Shown here one piece after another: positions 7,867 through 17,789 of a stretch of DNA of 64,000 bases. The notes under the pieces were generated by a model. The model was given only the letters and a program-made list of their open reading frames with translations, ran no database searches and had not been told where the DNA came from. The stretch is from an uncultured Rhodospirillaceae bacterium (GTDB lineage Bacteria; Pseudomonadota; Alphaproteobacteria; UBA9219). The translations under genes and the position numbers were made by a program. Within the stretch, counting starts at the first letter, position 1. Every line of letters begins with the position of its first letter. Location: positions 72,796-136,795 of the forward strand of contig CAYMGM010000002.1 in assembly GCA_964390005.1 (NCBI GenBank), read 5' to 3'.

Positions 7867-9909
7867 TTAGACTTTGCGTCCGCGCAGGCATTGCTCGAAA
7901 AGCGCCGCGCTGGCAACCGCGGGCATCACCCCGCCGTCAGGGCTGCTGAGCGATTGGCGCAGGGCCAGAAGACCGACACGGCCGCAGAGATTGGCAATCT
8001 CGGCGGGCGAAAGGCCTTGCGTTGCTTGGGCCAGATAATCGAAGTTCACATCGCCCGACAAAGGCAGTTTATGCGCGTGGATCTCAAGGATCTTTTTGCG
8101 GGCGGCAAGGTCTGGCAAGGGCAAGGTCACCGCAAAATCTAAACGTCCCGGGCGCAAAATCTCGGTCGTCAGGCGGTCGGGCCGGTTGGTGGCTGCGATC
8201 ACGACAACGCCGGGCAAGAACGAGAGCGAGTCAAGCCCCGCCCCCAACTGTGCGACGATGGGGTGCAAGTAGGCTTGTTCGCCATCTGGAGAAACGGTCG
8301 CGGCGATTTCGAAAAGAACGTCAAGATCGTCGAAAAAAATCAAGCAAGGCGATTTGCGGCGCGCCATGACAAAGCTTTCGCGGATCATGCGCACGGCAGC
8401 GATAGGCCCCAAGGCCGCCAAGGGCGAACAGGCGATCTCGATGAAGTTCACCGGCATATAAGCGCCCAAGGCCCGGACAAGCGAGGTTTTGCCTGTTCCT
8501 TCGCCGCCCGACAAAAGGATCGAGCGTGGCGGCGTCACGCCAGCGGCGGCAAACTTATCCTGATAGCGCAGCGACCATAAAAGCGTCTCACGCATCAGTT
8601 GCTTGATATCGTCAAGCCCGGCGACATCGTCCCATGACGTTGTCGGGATATCGCAGCGTACTTCTGTCGCCGCGGAAAAACTTGCAGCGCGCAGAGCCGT
8701 GACAAAATCAGCCGAGGCGACCTTGGGCTCTTGCGTTGCGACAGAAGCCGACGTGACCAATTGGCACAAATCGCGCGCCGTCGCCCCCGCCGTCATGGCG
8801 GCCAAGCGCGGCAGATCGACATCGTCTTGCAAGGGAATATGGCGGGTCGCAAGCGACAAGATTTCTTGCCGCGCCAAGCGGTCGGGCGCATCAACGGGCA
8901 GAATTAAATCAAAGCGCTGCTGCGCTTGGAAACGCGGGTCGATTGGCCCCGAAGCCACGGCTGCCAAAAGCAAGTTCTTATGCATCGGCATTTCGTCAAG
9001 AAGGCCGAACAACAGCGCCAGAACGCCGCGCTGCGCCGCCACCAGTGCGCCGCTGGCTTCTTGGACGATGGTCAAGGCATCAAGATGGTCTAAAAGCAAA
9101 ATCGTCGGGCCGCGGCGCGCATAAGAGGTCAACGTCACATCCAGCTCATACGGCCCTTGGATCAGCCAGCGGTCGAGCATTTGGTGGGCGTCAAAAACCT
9201 CAATCGGAACATCTGTTTCTTGCCCCAGGCGAACCACTAGGCGCGATTTGCCGCACCCGGCGGGGCCCGTTAAAAGAATCGAACGCGCCGCGGTGTCTTG
9301 TTCGGCCAACAAGCGGGATTTGGCAATATCGCAACAGGTCCGGTACACATCGCGCACACCGCCAAGCGTCAAATAGTCTTTCTTTTCGTCCCGGACCGAG
9401 ACGGTAAAAAGCGTCCCCGATCCGATTTGAAACGGCCCCTGCCCGCGCGGACAGGCAACCTCAACCGTCAGCGGTTGCCGATCGCGTGTCGGCAAAAGAA
9501 GTTTGTCTCCAACAGTGACAACACGGTGCGCCCACAAGGATGTCAAATGCCGCATCTGGACCGATAAGTGCAACCGGTCCAAATCGTCATCGGCAATCAG
9601 CATAAGCGATTCAGCATAAGGCATCGCCCCGGCTGCCGTCGTCACTTGGATTTTTTCGCCGTCCATCGCTTTCATATTATTGACCAGCAAGGCGGGAGCC
9701 ACCGCAAGGCGCTGGTTTCGGTCCTCCATCAAGGTCGGCAGAGCCCGCGCATAGGTTGTGCGGCGGCCTTCCAAGCGCAAAACATCGCCCGTTTGAATGC
9801 CCAGCACGCGCATATCCATGGGGTCAAGGCGGATATAACCGTCATCAACATCAGGGGACAGCTTGATATTCAGCGTAATTTCAGCAGACATGGAACAAAC
9901 CGATGGCAA
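7867..9909 (-). CDS. double-AAA+ ATPase of the CDC48/p97-like type
   Basis: Two Walker A motifs (GPAGCGKS and GGEGTGKTS) with matching Walker B motifs (LLLDHLD and IFFDDLD). The N-terminal domain precedes the first AAA module. Confidence 0.65.
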   Translation of the reverse strand: MPSVCSMSAEITLNIKLSPDVDDGYIRLDPMDMRVLGIQTGDVLRLEGRRTTYARALPTLMEDRNQRLAVAPALLVNNMKAMDGEKIQVTTAAGAMPYAESLMLIADDDLDRLHLSVQMRHLTSLWAHRVVTVGDKLLLPTRDRQPLTVEVACPRGQGPFQIGSGTLFTVSVRDEKKDYLTLGGVRDVYRTCCDIAKSRLLAEQDTAARSILLTGPAGCGKSRLVVRLGQETDVPIEVFDAHQMLDRWLIQGPYELDVTLTSYARRGPTILLLDHLDALTIVQEASGALVAAQRGVLALLFGLLDEMPMHKNLLLAAVASGPIDPRFQAQQRFDLILPVDAPDRLARQEILSLATRHIPLQDDVDLPRLAAMTAGATARDLCQLVTSASVATQEPKVASADFVTALRAASFSAATEVRCDIPTTSWDDVAGLDDIKQLMRETLLWSLRYQDKFAAAGVTPPRSILLSGGEGTGKTSLVRALGAYMPVNFIEIACSPLAALGPIAAVRMIRESFVMARRKSPCLIFFDDLDVLFEIAATVSPDGEQAYLHPIVAQLGAGLDSLSFLPGVVVIAATNRPDRLTTEILRPGRLDFAVTLPLPDLAARKKILEIHAHKLPLSGDVNFDYLAQATQGLSPAEIANLCGRVGLLALRQSLSSPDGGVMPAVASAALFEQCLRGRKV

Positions 9910-10049
9910 CGGGAAGGATCAACGGGAAGGCAACCATAGATACCATAAAATGAGGTTAATGCCACCCTTGCCTTTCCTTACAAGGACATCGCCTTTTTTT
10001 CTCTTTTTCCAAGGGGATGACGCGCTGGCTGGCGGGGTCGCTTGGACCG

Positions 10050-10916
10050 TTAAAACGCGGCGCGCAACCACAAGCACAAGTGGCGGGTCAAAAGCGTGTC
10101 GTTCATTGTGTAAAAATGAAAATAGCTGACGCCATTTTCGATCAAGCGCGTGATCTGGTGTGACAAGACGTTCATCGCCAGCAATTTATGATCCAGCGAT
10201 TCGGGATCGACCCCTTCGAACATGCGGCTGAGAAAAGGCGGCATTTGCGCGCGGCATTTTTCGGCTAGCGCGCACGTTTTTTGAAAGTTCAATATGGGCA
10301 TCAGCCCCGGCACCAAAAGCGTACGCACGCCGCGCGCTTCAAGCTTATCGCGCCAGCGCAAAAAGACTTCGGGATCGAAAAAGAACTGCGTTAAGACGCC
10401 ATCTGCACCTGCGTCGATTTTGCGTTGCAGGTGGGTAAAATCGAAATCTTCTGTCGGCGATTCGGGGTGGCCTTCGGGATAGCCCGCGACAAAGACCTGC
10501 ATCGCTGGATAGCGGTCTTTGATCGAGCGGACAAAATCGGGGACCATAAAATAACCGTCGGGGTGCGGCTGATAGCTGCCGTCCGGCATCATGATATCGC
10601 CGCGCAAGGCAACGACATACCGCACGCCATCTGCCCAAAAACCGTCAATTGCCGCATCGACCTCGGCCCGCGAACGGCCTGCACAGGTTATATGTGCCGC
10701 CACCGGCAGGTGGGTTGCGCCCGCGATACGGCTGATGATCTGACGGTGATGCGCCAAGGCGTCTTGCGCGCCCCCGGCCCCAAAAGTGACCGTGATAATG
10801 GAAGGGTCAAAGGCCGTATAAGCGGCCACGGTTTCCATCAGTTTATCCACGCCCTTTTCCGTCTTGGGCGGAAAAACCTCTAAGCTAAAGTGGATATGAT
10901 CGGGCAGCGTATTCAT
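10050..10916 (-). CDS. metF: 5,10-methylenetetrahydrofolate reductase
   Basis: Length 288 aa with the MetF-like ITVTFGAGG motif. Its start overlaps the metE stop (ATGA). Confidence 0.8.
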   Translation of the reverse strand: MNTLPDHIHFSLEVFPPKTEKGVDKLMETVAAYTAFDPSIITVTFGAGGAQDALAHHRQIISRIAGATHLPVAAHITCAGRSRAEVDAAIDGFWADGVRYVVALRGDIMMPDGSYQPHPDGYFMVPDFVRSIKDRYPAMQVFVAGYPEGHPESPTEDFDFTHLQRKIDAGADGVLTQFFFDPEVFLRWRDKLEARGVRTLLVPGLMPILNFQKTCALAEKCRAQMPPFLSRMFEGVDPESLDHKLLAMNVLSHQITRLIENGVSYFHFYTMNDTLLTRHLCLWLRAAF

Positions 10917-13219
10917 CAGGCGCGAAGGCTTTTATATTTTGCGCGCATCGCCCGTGCCGCCGCGACCATGGCTTGCAACGACGCCTTGGTTTCAGGCCAA
11001 TCGCGCGTTTTCAAGCCGCAGTCGGGATTGACCCATATTTGCTCGGGATCCAGACGCGTGGCGGCTTTTTCGAGAAGCGCGATCATTTCATCCGCCGACG
11101 GCACGCGCGGGCTATGAATGTCATAGACGCCGGGGCCGATCTCGGCGGGGTATTTATACGTCACAAAGGCATCCAACAGTTCCATATGCGAACGGCTGGT
11201 TTCAATCGAGATCACGTCAGCATCCAGATCTTTGATCGATTCAATGATATCGTTGAAAGCTGAATAGCACATATGCGTGTGAAGCTGCGTGGCAGGCGCC
11301 AGCGGCATGCCGACAAGGCGAAAAACAGCCGCCGCCCATGACAAGTAAGCCCCCTGAGCCGCGCGCCGCAATGGTAAGCCTTCACGAAAAGCGGGTTCAT
11401 CCACTTGGATCACGCGCAAGCCCGCCGTTTCAAGATCTTTGGCTTCGTCTTGAAGCGCCAGCGCGATTTGGTGCGCCGTCACCGCGCGGGGTTGATCGTC
11501 GCGCACAAAAGACCATTGCAGGATCGTCACGGGGCCCGTTAGCATGCCTTTCACCGGTTTGGGCGTCAGGCTTTGGGCATAGGCCGACCAGGCCACCGTC
11601 ATGGGACGCGGGCGCGCCACGTCGCCATAGATAATCGGCGGTTTGACCCCGCGCGAGCCATAAGATTGAACCCAGCCATGCTCGGTAAACACAAAGCCGT
11701 CTAACTGCTCGCCGAAATATTCAACCATGTCGTTGCGTTCAAACTCGCCATGGACCAGAACGTCAAGGCCGACTTCAGTTTGAAACGCGACAAGGCCTTT
11801 GATTTGATCTTGCAGGAAAGCGTTATAGCCTTCTTGGTCGATCTTGCCCTTTTTAAAGTCGGCGCGCGCTTTGCGCACCGCCCCCGTTTGCGGAAACGAG
11901 CCGATGGTTGTCGTTGGGAACAACGGCAGACAAAGTTTATCGCGCTGCAAGACGCGACGCTCGGGGAAAGGCATGGGTCGCCGCGCTGTCTCAAGCGGCT
12001 GCCGCCGCGTGCGGGCTTTCACTGCAGGATTGTGAATGCGCGGCGCACGGCGACGCAGAGCCATAATCCGGTTGCTTTCCTTCAAATCGCTCTCAATCGC
12101 GGCGCGGCCTTGCGACAGGCCTTTGGCGAGACAAGCAACCTCGTCAAGCTTTTGACGGGCAAAAGCCATCCATGATTTGATCTCGGGGTCCATCGCCGTC
12201 TCAAGCGACAGATCATACGGCGCATGAACCAGCGAGCAAGATGTCGTAGTCCAGACGCGCGCGCCCCCCAGTTTATCGGCGGCGCGTTCCAAAAGGCCTA
12301 GCGATAAATCCAAATCGTTGCGCCAGATATTGCGCCCATCAACAACGCCCAAAGCCAAGGACAGATGCGCGGGGCATTGCTCTAACGCCGGGATCAATTG
12401 CGAGGCGCCGCGCACCATATCCAAATGAAGCACATCAATCGGAAGGCGAAGCGCTAAATCCAAATTATCTTCCAAAGCGCCAAAGGGTGTCGTGACGAAA
12501 AGCTTGGCAGACGTTGCCGCGCGCAACGCGTCATACGCCTTGGCAAAGGCAGCGCGCGCCGCGGGCGTCAGATCCATGACAAGAAGCGGCTCGTCCAACT
12601 GAATACATGTCGCCCCCGCTTTTTCAAGTTTTGTCAAAAGATGCGCGTAAGCTGGCAACAACGCATCCAGTAGCGTCAAAGGATCCACACCATCGTCGCG
12701 CTTTCCCAAAGCCAAAAACGTCACGGGCCCCACCAAAACGGGCCGCGCGGCAATGCCTTCGGCTAAAGCCTCGGTCAAGGCGTCTAAGGGTTGCGCGCCG
12801 CAAAGCGTAAACGTCGTCTCGCGCGAAAACTCGGGAACGATATAGTGATAATTGGTGTCAAACCATTTGGTCATTTCGGCGGCGGGCACATCAAGCCCTT
12901 GCCGCTGGACACCGCGCGCCATCGCAAAATACGTATCTAAATCGACGTCCCCGCCCTGCCAGCCATAGCGGGACGGCACAACGCCGAACAAGGCCGCCAT
13001 ATCAAGAACGCGGTCATAAAGCGAAAAATCGCCCGTCGGTTGAGATGTCAGGCCAGCCGCGCGTTGCAGGCCGCGCGTTTGCGCGCGCAAATCGGCTGCT
13101 ATCGAAAGCAGCGCCGCCGCGTCAATTTGACCTTTCCAATATTTCTCAAGGCCGAATTTCAACTCGCGGGCGGGACCTAAACGCGGATAACCAAGGATTG
13201 TCGCTAAAGTCATAAGCAT
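10916..13219 (-). CDS. metE: cobalamin-independent methionine synthase (5-methyltetrahydropteroyltriglutamate--homocysteine methyltransferase)
   Basis: Length 767 aa. N-terminal LGYPRLGPAREL, the two-domain MetE architecture and a C-terminal Zn-binding region are present. Confidence 0.9.
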   Translation of the reverse strand: MLMTLATILGYPRLGPARELKFGLEKYWKGQIDAAALLSIAADLRAQTRGLQRAAGLTSQPTGDFSLYDRVLDMAALFGVVPSRYGWQGGDVDLDTYFAMARGVQRQGLDVPAAEMTKWFDTNYHYIVPEFSRETTFTLCGAQPLDALTEALAEGIAARPVLVGPVTFLALGKRDDGVDPLTLLDALLPAYAHLLTKLEKAGATCIQLDEPLLVMDLTPAARAAFAKAYDALRAATSAKLFVTTPFGALEDNLDLALRLPIDVLHLDMVRGASQLIPALEQCPAHLSLALGVVDGRNIWRNDLDLSLGLLERAADKLGGARVWTTTSCSLVHAPYDLSLETAMDPEIKSWMAFARQKLDEVACLAKGLSQGRAAIESDLKESNRIMALRRRAPRIHNPAVKARTRRQPLETARRPMPFPERRVLQRDKLCLPLFPTTTIGSFPQTGAVRKARADFKKGKIDQEGYNAFLQDQIKGLVAFQTEVGLDVLVHGEFERNDMVEYFGEQLDGFVFTEHGWVQSYGSRGVKPPIIYGDVARPRPMTVAWSAYAQSLTPKPVKGMLTGPVTILQWSFVRDDQPRAVTAHQIALALQDEAKDLETAGLRVIQVDEPAFREGLPLRRAAQGAYLSWAAAVFRLVGMPLAPATQLHTHMCYSAFNDIIESIKDLDADVISIETSRSHMELLDAFVTYKYPAEIGPGVYDIHSPRVPSADEMIALLEKAATRLDPEQIWVNPDCGLKTRDWPETKASLQAMVAAARAMRAKYKSLRA

Positions 13220-13411
13220 CTCTTTCGGGCAAAGAAGGGTCTTTGACAGATTTACGCCAAGAAGATAAATTTTAGGTTTCCGCCCTTAATTCCTTTGTAT
13301 GACAAAGAACATTATATTTATCATATAGATAGCATTTACTGGGTCCATTTGCCTTTTCCCGATCCCCCGCCTATCTTGGCCTTGGAAACAGACGCGGACT
13401 AGAGGGGGACG

Positions 13412-14059
13412 ATGCGCACAGCCACCAATCTTCTTTTCGATCTCGATGGTACCATTACGGATTCGGCAGAAGGCATTATCAATTGTCTCGCCTATGCCTT
13501 GGATCAAGTCGGTTGTCCGGCCACATCAAAAGACGATTTGCGGCGCTATGTCGGCCCGCCTTTGTTCGATACGCTGACGTCTTTGGTCGGCGCGGATAAA
13601 ATGCGCACAGCCTATGATCATTATATCGACCGCTTCGACAAGCAAAACAAAGGCATTGAAGAAAACGCCGTTTACGACGATGTGCCTTTGATGCTCGATA
13701 AACTGCATCAGGCGGGCAAGCATTTGTATATCGCGACCTCAAAGCCTGAATTGACGGCTGAAAAAATCTTGAAGGCTTTTGGATTGGCCAGCGCCTTTGA
13801 TGCCATTCATGGCGCTTTGTGGGATGGCGTGCGGCGCGAAAAAAGCGCCGTTATCGCCTATGTCTGCGATATCTATCGACTGGATCCCGCCGACACAATC
13901 ATGATCGGCGACCGGCACCACGATATTGAAGGCGCGACGCAAAACGGGTTACGCTCGATCGGCGTTCTTTGGGGGTATGGCGGCCGCGACGAGCTTTTAA
14001 AAGCAGGTGCCGACGCACTGGCCGAAAAACCGGCGGATCTTATTTCGCTGCTCGTTTAG
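13412..14059 (+). CDS. HAD-superfamily phosphatase (phosphoglycolate phosphatase-like)
   Basis: HAD motif I LLFDLDGTITDS at the N-terminus. GAGGGGGA Shine-Dalgarno. Confidence 0.7.
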   Translation: MRTATNLLFDLDGTITDSAEGIINCLAYALDQVGCPATSKDDLRRYVGPPLFDTLTSLVGADKMRTAYDHYIDRFDKQNKGIEENAVYDDVPLMLDKLHQAGKHLYIATSKPELTAEKILKAFGLASAFDAIHGALWDGVRREKSAVIAYVCDIYRLDPADTIMIGDRHHDIEGATQNGLRSIGVLWGYGGRDELLKAGADALAEKPADLISLLV

Positions 14060-15011
14060 GCGGCGTCGCCAGCGGGTGGCAAGCCTCTATCGTTTGAATC
14101 AAGCGGTCGCCTGCGACATGCGTATAAATTTGCGTCGTCGCAATATCGGCGTGGCCCAGCATGGTTTGCACGCTGCGCAAATCCGCGCCATGTTCGATCA
14201 AATGCGTCGCAAAAGCATGGCGCAACACGTGAGGGCTCAGGCGTTTGGGATCGATCCCCGCCTGAAGGCCGATATCCTTCAATAATTGGAAAAAACGTTG
14301 CCGCGTCAGATGGCCTTCCTTGGCCGCCGCCGACGGAAACAAGAAAGGCGCGATAGAGGCTTTACGCACCGGCGGCACGGAATCCAGCATCGTTTGACGA
14401 AACGGCAGCCACGCCTTGACCGCCCGCAAAGCGGGATCGCCAAGCGGTACCATGCGTTCTTTGTCGCCCTTACCGCGGACTTGCACCAAGCCTTGATCGG
14501 CCAAAACCGCGCGCGCTGGAAGCCCCACCAGCTCACTAACACGCAAGCCCGCCGCGTATAACAATTCAAGCAACGCGCGTAACCGCACCCCATCGGCATG
14601 CGGCATTTTAGCGACGACTTTGAAAAGGGATTCAACCTCGCTCTCGCTGAGATATTTCGGCAAAGCGCGGCCAAGGCGCGGCGTGTCGATCAAGCGGCAA
14701 GGATCTTCGGCGCGCCTTCCTTCCGTACAGAGAAAACGAAAAAATTGCCGCAGCGCCGACAAACGGCGCGCTTGCGTGCGCGGCGCAAAGGCGCTGAGAG
14801 ACTGGATATAGGCGCGGATATCCTCTTCATTCGCGCTTTCCAGCGATACGCCGCGATGCGCGACAAAGTGGGCGGCATCCGTCAGATCGCGCTGATAGGC
14901 GGCACGCGTGTTGGCACTGGCTGCCCTTTCGGCCACCATCATATCTAAAAAGCCATCCATCGCGCCCAAGGCCGCCGCAGGCACAACAGGCGAAAGGGCT
15001 TTAGGCGTCAC
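14040..15011 (-). CDS. xerD: site-specific tyrosine recombinase XerC/XerD family, probably XerD
   Basis: C-terminal RHAFATHLIEHGADLRSVQTMLGHADIATTQIYTHV carries the R..H..R..Y catalytic residues. It is conserved next to aroK-aroB in alphaproteobacteria. GTG start lies immediately after the upstream gene's stop. Confidence 0.7.
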   Translation of the reverse strand: MTPKALSPVVPAAALGAMDGFLDMMVAERAASANTRAAYQRDLTDAAHFVAHRGVSLESANEEDIRAYIQSLSAFAPRTQARRLSALRQFFRFLCTEGRRAEDPCRLIDTPRLGRALPKYLSESEVESLFKVVAKMPHADGVRLRALLELLYAAGLRVSELVGLPARAVLADQGLVQVRGKGDKERMVPLGDPALRAVKAWLPFRQTMLDSVPPVRKASIAPFLFPSAAAKEGHLTRQRFFQLLKDIGLQAGIDPKRLSPHVLRHAFATHLIEHGADLRSVQTMLGHADIATTQIYTHVAGDRLIQTIEACHPLATPPKRAAK

Positions 15012-16913
15012 TTAGTCCCCCGCATCCAACAGGGTTAGAACCACTTCGCGCGCACGCCTGCGCGCTTCGGCGACCAAGCCCGCTTGGCGCAGCGCACGCA
15101 CACTATCGATGGTGACAAATAACGATTTGGCTTTCCCTGGATCATGTTCGGCCATCAGCAGGCTGAGTAAAACCGTCTCGCCCACCCGGCCTCTTTCGCC
15201 CGCCTCGCGCAACCGCGCATACAAGATAGGCGCAGGCGCCGGGCCCGTTTCAGACAAAAGCCCCGCGTCGATAACACGCAAAACGGCGTCTTCCGATACG
15301 GCATAGCCAGCCGCCGAAAGCAAAGCCAAAACGGCTTCGGCGCGTTCGCGTTTATCCTTGACCGACCCTGCCCCCATAAAATCGGTGAGCCAAGCCTGCA
15401 TTTGCCCGGCAAACGCCGTGTCGGGAACCAAGTCAGCCAGCGCAAAAAGAGGCCAATCCTTGACCGGTGCCCCACCCGCTTTATCAAGCCAGACACGTGC
15501 CGCATCGATTTGCCCCGCGGCAACCAACAAGCGCGCGGCCCAAGGTGCAAACGAAGCCAGCTCTGGCGCAAAGGCCAAAGGCGTGACTTCTGCCGCCCAT
15601 AAACCGGCTAATGTCCCCGTCAAGGGCACCTCGCCCGGCGTTTGTGCCAAACGTGTCAGAAGCGCTGCGCGGCGTGCGGGATCGATGCCCGCTTGCAGGG
15701 CCTGATAGATCAGTGCATGCAAACGCGCCCCTTGATCTTTGCTGGCCAACGGATCGGCCAATTGATCGGCGGTAAAGGATTGGTCGGCATAAACGCGCGC
15801 CAAAAGCGTGCGATCGATGATCCCCATCGAAGCCGCTTTTTCGGCCAGCGCCAAACGCGGTTTTTCATCTGTGGCACGGGCGGCAAGAAGCGCAGGCGCG
15901 TAAGAAAGCTGCGCCTCGGCAAATAACGCGCCCGGCAGAGGAAGCCCCGTTTGCAGCAACGCCGCCATCATGAGCGGATCGCTCGCTGACAGGCGTTTAG
16001 GCAGGTTTTTGCTGCCGCCTAAGGTGTTTTTCTCAACCACGGCAAGGAAAGGATCGTCGGCCACTTTTTGTTCATGCAAAACGTCCACGGCCAATTGAGC
16101 CGCGGCCTTATCGCCTGCTTTGATTTTGCACAAAATCAGCAATTGTTGCCAAGCGACCGCGTTTGGATCCGTTTCAGGATGCGATGCGATCATATCGGGG
16201 ACTTTGGCGCAGACTTGCGCTGGGTCCAATTGTAAAAAGGCATTTTCGGTCAGCGAACGCAGCGTCAGCGCATCCACGCGGCCAGGCCGCGCCATTTGCG
16301 CCATCGCCCAGGCATCTTTGGCGTCACCCAAGGCCAGCAAACGATCGATCCGAAGCGTCGTCAGGTTTTGCTCGCCCGCAGGGCCAATCGGCGCCGCCGC
16401 CACGCTAGTCAACAGGCGACGGGCCAGATCGTTTAAGGCCGCCGATGAGGTCGGCAAATGAAGCGCGGGAAGCAGCTTATCAATAAGCGAGCGGGGCGTT
16501 CCGTCCCACATATTACTGCCAAGCCCGCCATGCGCTTGATCGACAAGCCCCAAAGAATCGGGATCTATCGCCCCCAGTGGCACGGTTTTGACTGGCTCGC
16601 CCAAATCGACAGGTTGAAAAGCAGGCGGCGGCGTCAAGGCAACAGGTGCAGATTGCGGCGCTAGCGTTTGGGCATCGCTTGCAGCCTTGTCCGCCCCTTC
16701 TGGCGCGGGCGCTTGTGAAAAATCGGGCGCAGGCGCGCGTGCGTCGTCATCAGACGGGCGCTCGGCCATGGCCGTTTGCGCAGTTTCCTCGGCCCCGATC
16801 CGCGAAGAGAACGGCGCAGACTCGGCGGCGCTAGAGGCCCCCGTTAGGGCAAGGACGCCAAGGGCAAGGAGGCGAGAAAAGGAAAGCCATCGATCAATGC
16901 GGCAAACGGTCAT
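15012..16913 (-). CDS. Ala-rich secreted/periplasmic hypothetical protein (633 aa), co-transcribed with xerD
   Basis: N-terminal signal-like LLALGVLALTGASSAAES. Low-complexity Ala/Pro region followed by a helical repeat-like region. Its stop abuts the xerD start. Confidence 0.5.
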   Translation of the reverse strand: MTVCRIDRWLSFSRLLALGVLALTGASSAAESAPFSSRIGAEETAQTAMAERPSDDDARAPAPDFSQAPAPEGADKAASDAQTLAPQSAPVALTPPPAFQPVDLGEPVKTVPLGAIDPDSLGLVDQAHGGLGSNMWDGTPRSLIDKLLPALHLPTSSAALNDLARRLLTSVAAAPIGPAGEQNLTTLRIDRLLALGDAKDAWAMAQMARPGRVDALTLRSLTENAFLQLDPAQVCAKVPDMIASHPETDPNAVAWQQLLILCKIKAGDKAAAQLAVDVLHEQKVADDPFLAVVEKNTLGGSKNLPKRLSASDPLMMAALLQTGLPLPGALFAEAQLSYAPALLAARATDEKPRLALAEKAASMGIIDRTLLARVYADQSFTADQLADPLASKDQGARLHALIYQALQAGIDPARRAALLTRLAQTPGEVPLTGTLAGLWAAEVTPLAFAPELASFAPWAARLLVAAGQIDAARVWLDKAGGAPVKDWPLFALADLVPDTAFAGQMQAWLTDFMGAGSVKDKRERAEAVLALLSAAGYAVSEDAVLRVIDAGLLSETGPAPAPILYARLREAGERGRVGETVLLSLLMAEHDPGKAKSLFVTIDSVRALRQAGLVAEARRRAREVVLTLLDAGD

Positions 16914-17207
16914 CGGGGATCTCCTGCTCGACTTTCTGCGGGGCAGGCTTCATGTCCGCTAGCGCCAGCGTCGTCAGACCACCCGCGACAACAACAACCA
17001 ACACCAAACCAGCCAAGATAAGCGCACGCATGAAACTGCCCCTTTGTTTCCGAAAAAGTTAACCATCGGCTTTCCGTTTGTTCCATGCTTGCCTTACCGC
17101 CCCTCTTGCGCCTTGCAGCGCGTTTCGTTACACCAAAGGAAGACAGACAAGAAACAAGGCTTGGAAAATCCGATAGCTCTCAACTCCTTATTTTAAACGA
17201 TGGCTCC

Positions 17208-17789
17208 ATGAACGCAATCCCCAACCCGCATGATCCTGAAACGCCTTTGCCTACCAAGTGTTTGGTCATTGTCGGCATGCCAGGGGCCGGAAAAAGCACG
17301 ATTGGCCGTCGTTTAGCCGCCCGTTTGGGCCTTGCCTTTATCGACGCCGATCACGAGATCGAAAAAGCCGCGGGGATGAGTATTCCTGAAATTTTTGCTC
17401 AGTTGGGCGAACCTTCGTTCCGCGAGGGGGAACGTCGCGTCATCGCGCGCTTGCTGGAAGGCACACCGTGCGTCTTGGCAACGGGCGGCGGCGCTTTTAT
17501 GGATGCCTCGACCCGCGATAAGGTCAAAGAGCACGGCATTTCTATCTGGCTGGACGTTAGCATCGACACGTTGGCCGAGCGCACCGCGCGTAACACCAAT
17601 CGCCCTTTGATCCAAAACAGCGATCCGCGCGCCTCGCTTATTCCTTTGTTTGAAAAACGCGGGCCGATTTACGCGCTGGCTGACATCCATGTCGCCAGCA
17701 ACGACGGCCCCGCCGAAGGCAATGTCGAGCGCGTGTTAGACGCCTTGACCCGCCACATTCAAAGCCTTTCAGAGAAAGTCACCCCATGA
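17208..17789 (+). CDS. aroK: shikimate kinase
   Basis: Walker A VIVGMPGAGKSTIGRRLA followed by FIDADHEIE. Start taken at the internal Met MNAIPNP of the ORF-track 17085 ORF. ATGA overlap with aroB. Confidence 0.85.
   Translation: MNAIPNPHDPETPLPTKCLVIVGMPGAGKSTIGRRLAARLGLAFIDADHEIEKAAGMSIPEIFAQLGEPSFREGERRVIARLLEGTPCVLATGGGAFMDASTRDKVKEHGISIWLDVSIDTLAERTARNTNRPLIQNSDPRASLIPLFEKRGPIYALADIHVASNDGPAEGNVERVLDALTRHIQSLSEKVTP

Noticed and set aside
9910-10049. Possible terminator hairpin (CCTTG-N10-CAAGG followed by a T-run) downstream of metF
   Set aside because: The stem is only 5 bp and the T-tract is interrupted. That is not convincing without folding-energy calculation.
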